40,352 bases of DNA, from the NCBI RefSeq assembly GCF_001194135.2, contig NC_068981.1, positions 126,826,404 through 126,866,755 on the forward strand, written 5' to 3'. Both the position numbers and the translations under genes were made by a program. The notes under the pieces are model-generated. The model was given only the letters and a program-made list of their open reading frames with translations. It searched no databases and was not told the DNA's origin. The stretch's first letter is position 1. Each line of letters starts with the position of its first letter. Source of the DNA: Octopus bimaculoides. Taxonomy: Eukaryota. Below, piece after piece: positions 34,450 through 40,352 of the stretch.

Positions 34450-35063
34450 TAATGCTTATTTATTCAAATTATTTTGAATTAACTCTACATTGTCTCGGTG
34501 ATGCGATTATTTATAGAATGACGTTGTAGAATAAGAGTGAGAGTCTGGGTCTCGCTGGTTTGGGCTGGATATGGCCAGTTTAAATGCTAAAAGGTTCAGA
34601 TATCATGATAAGGTTTTTCAACTTGTGTGTGTGTGTGATTCTGTTATGTAATTAGTGTGTGTGCGTGCGTACAAGACTGCGAGTCTGCGACAAAAATACA
34701 GAGAGCAAGAGGGACTAGAATTACAGCTTTAAGTTATAGGAGAGGCCAAGAAATATATGGTCTAAATGAAATCAAATGCTCATGAATAAAATATTTTTAC
34801 GAACATAGCTGAGCCGTTTGTTCAGGTGTCAACGAATTTATAAAAGATTGAGGGTCAAGGAGGCCTCCAGAATTATTCAAGGAAGCAAAGTTACCTGTTT
34901 AACAAGACACTTATTGCGACAAGAAACGTGCTTACAAATCAGAATAATTTAACTCGTAGAGGTACAGGTCTTAAAATGTTAAGTGGTTAAAGGGGAATAA
35001 TTACCTATGAATGCGCAGATTTATTTGTCACTAGACCGGTTTGTTAAAATATCACCAGACCAG

Positions 35064-35067
<4 letters not shown>

Positions 35068-35126
<59 letters not shown>

Positions 35127-35130
35127 TACA
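35068..35130. repeat. (CA)n microsatellite
   Basis: Directly visible. Confidence 0.95.
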
Positions 35131-35464
35131 CAGCTCACACGCACGTTGATATTAAATTGATAGTTCCTTCCNNNNNNNNNNNNNNNNNNNNNNNNNNNNN
35201 NNNNNNNNNNNNNNNNNNNNNNNNNNNNNNNNNNNNNNNNNNNNNNNNNNNNNNNNNNNNNNNNNNNNNNNNNNNNNNNNNNNNNNNNNNNNNNNNNNNN
35301 NNNNNNNNNNNNNNNNNNNNNNNNNNNNNNNNNNNNNNNNNNNNNNNNNNNNNNNNNNNNNNNNNNNNNNNNNNNNNNNNNNNNNNNNNNNNNNNNNNNN
35401 NNNNNNNNNNNNNNNNNNNNNNNNNNNNNNNNNNNACACACACATATATGCATGTGTGAAAATG

Positions 35465-35496
<32 letters not shown>

Positions 35497-35984
35497 GGGG
35501 GCGAAAATATGCGAAAATGCACATTGGAAATCAAAAAAAGTAAAGGCTTTTTATGAAAAGTAACGGTAGATGAACTGAGATAGGAATAAAGGTAATAAAA
35601 GTCATTATTGTGAGTTGTTAAAGAGATTTAAACGCATACCGGTTTCGTAATATTACTAATCATTGCTCTGAATGCATTTACATATAGTTAATTGAAAAAG
35701 AAAAACGGAGATAAAAAAGACAAGAAAAAACAGCAGCGCAAGGACGTAGTACATCCAAAGTATTAATGAGACGCTCAGAGAAGGAAAGAAAGTCTGGCTG
35801 TTTTACGTTTCGGGCATAACTTTTCTTCGGAAACAGGAGACATAGGAAAGTTCAAAAGAAAAGGAAGAAGGAGGGGGAAAATGCCAACAGTCCACGTGTA
35901 GTTACACATTGGAAATGACCAAAAGTAAATGGATAAAGAGAAAGTGCTTTCTGGGACAGGAGAGTGTATAGAATGGTTGGTATC

Positions 35985-36073
35985 TGTGTATATGCGTGCG
36001 CGTATGTGTGTGCTGGCATGTGTGTGCTGGCATGTGTGTGTGTGTGTGTGTGTGTAAAATGTATGTGTATGTA

Positions 36074-36115
<42 letters not shown>

Positions 36116-36125
36116 AGTATGTGTG

Positions 36126-36186
<61 letters not shown>

Positions 36187-36200
36187 GCACGCACACACAG
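35985..36200. repeat. Compound (GT)/(GTAT)/(TA)/(CA) microsatellite
   Basis: Directly visible. Confidence 0.95.
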
Positions 36201-37189
36201 AAAGAATGAGAGAGGGGAGTGAGAGTGAAACAGACAGCTAGACAGATAGATACACTTATAAACACACACACATATATATATTGGGTGCTAACTATTGTCG
36301 TTTTCGTTAGATATAATTATAGAGAACCCATTTTTCATCACTTTTGATGATTGTACCCAGGAAAAGTCCGATAACAAGTCTCCTCTTCAGTGATGAGTAG
36401 AGAGCAACTCTTTGCATAAGAAGAACGCATTAAAATCTCATAGTCCTTCCTACGGCAGCAAAAATCACCTAGAAGCACTCAGACAAAGCCATAATACGAA
36501 TAACACTCCTAAACGCCATTCTAAAAGTTCTATATCTCCTACTCATCCCACACCAGCATGAAAAAACACGACATATTTGCACAGCTGGGTCATCAGTAAT
36601 CTCAGTAGATCCAAGAACTGCACAGGGATACACATCATCAATGATAAATGTAGAAGAACAGTAATTGCTGTATTCTGACCGACTCCACTTTACAGTGCCA
36701 ACGAGCGTGACTACCAAGTCTTGCAACCTACTAGAAACAGAAACCAAATCTCCGTTCAAAAAACTCCTACCACATTTAAAAATATAATGGAAACATTAAC
36801 TAATATGATCTTAGATATTTCTAAAAAGACGGTATAGTAACGGTTGAACGACCCTTTTATCACAGGTCTTCTTGACCAGTGTTGATCGGGACTAAACAAC
36901 AACAACAAGCGTAAAGAAGTGAACTTGAAAGTGGAGAGAGGACAACTTTCCAAATATAACATTAAACTCTAAATGCATATTAAAGTACGTAGTATTATTC
37001 TCAGCTAACACTACATAACACTAGATGAAGCCTTATATGTCTAAAACATTACATTGCAGATTGCGTTTCCTCCAGCTTGATCATGCTGGCGATATAAAAA
37101 CAACCCCATTTAGCCCAAGATTAAAAATGGAATGAATGATTTGAATTTTTTGCATAAAAAGCTCGAAAAAGGAAATGCATATTTCGAAT

Positions 37190-37470
37190 TGCGGATCTTT
37201 TTTAAAACGGGGGCCACATTTTTCATTAACGAAACACTTTGAAACTTGGAACACTGGTAGAATGTGTCATATAAAACATCTTTTTCTCTTAGTCTTCTTA
37301 AAAAATAAAGAAATCCCTAAGTTATTCCATGTTAAAGTTGTCGTATTTCTGTAATTTCAACCAATCACTGACGTCCATTCAGCCGATATACATTAAGTGC
37401 CGACTACATAAACAAACGATTCTGAAACAATTCTATCTGTGATAGGGTTAGGGTTAGGGTTAGGGTAAAA
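37190..37470. repeat. Unclassified dispersed repeat, copy 2, ending near a short TTAGGG array
   Basis: Shares GGATCTT...AAAACGGGG.CAC and TAATTTCAACCAATCACTGAC...ATTCAGCCG with 40045-40245. AGGG(TTAGGG)3 lies at 37444-37465. Confidence 0.75.
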
Positions 37471-37624
37471 CAGTAAATTTAAAAAGAAAAAAGCAAATAA
37501 AACGAAGAAAAAAAAAAGAAAATGAAAAAAGCAAATAAAACGAAGCTATGGCTTAATCAGCCAAAGGAGTAAATGTAAACAACTGAATACTTGTCAGTGA
37601 TTGATTCGTTTCCAAATAATGGTT

Positions 37625-37921
37625 TCAAGTTTTGGCATGACGCCAGCAATTTAAGGGATGGGGGAAGTCGATTACATCGACCCCAGTGTTTCACTATCCT
37701 TGAATAATCCTTTCTACTAAAGACACAAGGTTGAACATTTGGGGAAAAGGACCAGTTGATTACAGCGACCCCAACTTTCACTGGTATTTATTTTATCAAT
37801 TCCGAAAGGATGAAAGGCAAAATCGACCTCGGTGGAATTTGAACACAGAACGTAAAGGCAGACGAAATACTGCCAAACATTTTCTCCGGAACGCTAACGA
37901 TTTTGCCAGCTCGCTGCCTTA
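37625..37921 (-). mobile_element. tRNA-derived SINE (family A): full copy ~37700-37921 plus an adjacent 3' fragment ~37625-37695
   Basis: GAAAGGATGAAAGGCAAAATCGACCTCGGTGGAATTTGAACACAGAACG, head ending GCCAGCTCGCTGCCTT. GTCGATTACATCGACCCCAGT is repeated in the fragment. Confidence 0.85.
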
Positions 37922-38068
37922 ATCTTTTCTCAAATAATGATAGCATGCTTCATAATGTGTGTGTTGTTTATCATTTCACATTCAGAACATTGAAAGACAA
38001 TACACATACCTTATTATTAAAAGAGTATCAGTATAAGATAGAAATTTTCAAATTTCTGATCAAATAAT

Positions 38069-38266
38069 CCTTTCTACTCTAGGTACAAGGCCTGAAATTT
38101 GGGGGAGGGGGCTAGTTGATTTCATCAGTGATTTCATCAGTGCATAACTGGTACTTATTTAATCGACCCCGAAAGGAAGAAAAGCAAAGTCGATCCCGTC
38201 GGAATTTAAACTCAGAATGTAACGGCAGACGAAATAGTGCTAACGATTCTGCCAGCTCACCGCCTT
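38069..38266 (-). mobile_element. tRNA-derived SINE (family A) with 18-bp TSD
   Basis: TSD AATTTCTGATCAAATAAT at 38051-38068 and 38267-38284. Internal deletion in the head relative to other copies. Confidence 0.9.
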
Positions 38267-40044
38267 AATTTCTGATCAAATAATAAATGAAGAGCTGGAA
38301 TTTATAAAACAATTACAAATTTCTTATTTAACAATATTAATGTCTGTTTTTATATTCATTATAATAAAAACAATTTTACGTTAATCTGATGGGTTACTCC
38401 ATACTTTTATAGAGTACAAATTTATTATTCTTAAACAAAAACGTTATTGACTGTAGTTTCGGAGGTTTGGTCAGTTAAGCCTTCGTAGGACAATATGTCT
38501 TAAGCATTTAATCATTTATTTAACAAAAATTTGTTGCAGACAACAGCGAAGGTCCATGTTTCAAAAATGCTGAAATAATCTGAGCTAATCTGCTGTGTTA
38601 AGCCAAAGCACGTTTTGATAACAGATTGGGGTGTTTTTCTGNNNNNNNNNNNNNNNNNNNNNNNNNNNNNNNNNNNNNNNNNNNNNNNNNNNNNNNNNNN
38701 NNNNNNNNNNNNNNNNNNNNNNNNNNNNNNNNNNNNNNNNNNNNNNNNNNNNNNNNNNNNNNNNNNNNNNNNNNNNNNNNNNNNNNNNNNNNNNNNNNNN
38801 NNNNNNNNNNNNNNNNNNNNNNNNNNNNNNNNNNNNNNNNNNNNNNNNNNNNNNNNNNNNNNNNNNNNNNNNNNNNNNNNNNNNNNNNNNNNNNNNNNNN
38901 NNNNNNNNNNNNNNNNNNNNNNNNNNNNNNNNNNNNNNNNNNNNNNNNNNNNNNNNNNNNNNNNNNNNNNNNNNNNNNNNNNNNNNNNNNNNNNNNNNNN
39001 NNNNNNNNNNNNNNNNNNNNNNNNNNNNNNNNNNNNNNNNNNNNNNNNNNNNNNNNNNNNNNNNNNNNNNNNNNNNNNNNNNNNNNNNNNNNNNNNNNNN
39101 NNNNNNNNNNNNNNNNNNNNNNNNNNNNNNNNNNNNNNNNNNNNNNNNNNNNNNNNNNNNNNNNNNNNNNNNNNNNNNNNNNNNNNNNNNNNNNNNNNNN
39201 NNNNNNNNNNNNNNNNNNNNNNNNNNNNNNNNNNNNNNNNNNNNNNNNNNNNNNNNNNNNNNNNNNNNNNNNNNNNNNNNNNNNNNNNNNNNNNNNNNNN
39301 NNNNNNNNNNNNNNNNNNNNNNNNNNNNNNNNNNNNNNNNNNNNNNNNNNNNNNNNNNNNNNNNNNNNNNNNNNNNNNNNNNNNNNNNNNNNNNNNNNNN
39401 NNNNNNNNNNNNNNNNNNNNNNNNNNNNNNNNNNNNNNNNNNNNNNNNNNNNNNNNNNNNNNNNNNNNNNNNNNNNNNNNNNNNNNNNNNNNNNNNNNNN
39501 NNNNNNNNNNNNNNNNNNNNNNNNNNNNNNNNNNNNNNNNNNNNNNNNNNNNNNNNNNNNNNNNNNNNNNNNNNNNNNNNNNNNNNNNNNNNNNNNNNNN
39601 NNNACCTGTGTGTGTGTGTGTGCTAGTGCGAGAGTGAGTGTGTGTGTGGTGTGTGTGTGAGTGGGTTTGTGTCTGTGTTTAGAAGGAGAGGGTGTGTGTT
39701 TATGTTTTCACTTGGGACCCTCTCCCTTTCGTATGGAGGGCGTAACTGTACGTGCGTTTTCCTTCACAGCACGACTAATGCCAAATGCTCTTTTCCCTTT
39801 TTTTTTTAACCCCAGATGAGATAATTACCTCGAATTTGTAAAGTATTTCTCTAGTCCATACGAAATAAATTCGTAACAACCTGATTTAATAAACATGAAG
39901 AGTAACTTCCCTTAGATGATTCCCTCCCTTACATTTTGAGCTCGTGTATACCATATTTACTTTTCAGCCGGCTGCGAAAATAATAAATTTTCCGTTCGAA
40001 ATAGTCAGATCATGATCATGTTTGTGTTTCATACGAGAGTAATT

Positions 40045-40245
40045 GGATCTTGTTCAAAACGGGGGCACCAGTTTTCATTTATGTTTTATGTAGTGTTTTT
40101 GGTACCGAAAGACTTTCAAACTTCGTATACTTATCTATTTTGTGTTATAGAACAGAAAAAAAATTTTGTATTCGAATTTATTTCATGTAAAAAATTGTCT
40201 TATTTCGATAATTTCAACCAATCACTGACAAGTATTCAGCCGTTT
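40045..40245. repeat. Unclassified dispersed repeat, copy 3 (more diverged)
   Basis: GGATCTTGTTCAAAACGGGGGCACC...ATAATTTCAACCAATCACTGACAAGTATTCAGCCG matches copy 2. Confidence 0.65.
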
Positions 40246-40352
40246 ATACTTACTCCTTTGGCAGTTTAAGCGGTGTAAAGCGTATTTAATCTCCATTACT
40301 TCTGACATTTTGCAGAGAGGCAACACACGTCTTTTTCTTGTGCTAAGGAGAT

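Noticed and set aside
36469-36962. Minus-strand ORFs and a possible plus-strand RTE-like endonuclease remnant (RRTVIAVF.PT)
   Set aside because: Only one short motif-like match with many stops, so it is not supportable.
1331-39660. Long ORF-track ORFs rich in X, CV, HT, YI, SL, poly-S/E/F or poly-Y
   Set aside because: They are read-through of N-gaps and di/tri-nucleotide microsatellites, with no coding signal.

Overview
AT-rich, repeat-dense animal genomic DNA. The SINE families and microsatellite load suggest an octopod cephalopod, which is an inference from recalled repeat families. Nine assembly gaps cover 4,100 N in total. Only one host gene is supported: a plus-strand CAP-superfamily (SCP/PR-1/antigen-5-like) gene whose four coding exons (7460-7539, 7740-7865, 14168-14281, 16717-16800) splice in frame to about 133 aa. 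None of these exons appears in the ORF track, and the 5' (signal-peptide) exon was not found. The last intron holds an antisense Penelope-like element (GIY-YIG) with a candidate minimal hammerhead ribozyme, plus a ~275-bp tandem duplication that copies the gene's final splice acceptor. The rest of the window is transposon debris: a fold-back mariner, mariner MITEs, an internally deleted Gypsy element (LTR-PBS-gag-PR-IN, no RT), a decayed LINE, three tRNA-derived SINE families, an unclassified dispersed repeat and many microsatellites. Almost all listed ORFs are artefacts of microsatellites or N-gaps. I found no convincing wholly new system. The best leads are the duplicated acceptor, the divergent CAP protein, the hammerhead and an E2F-site-rich minisatellite.
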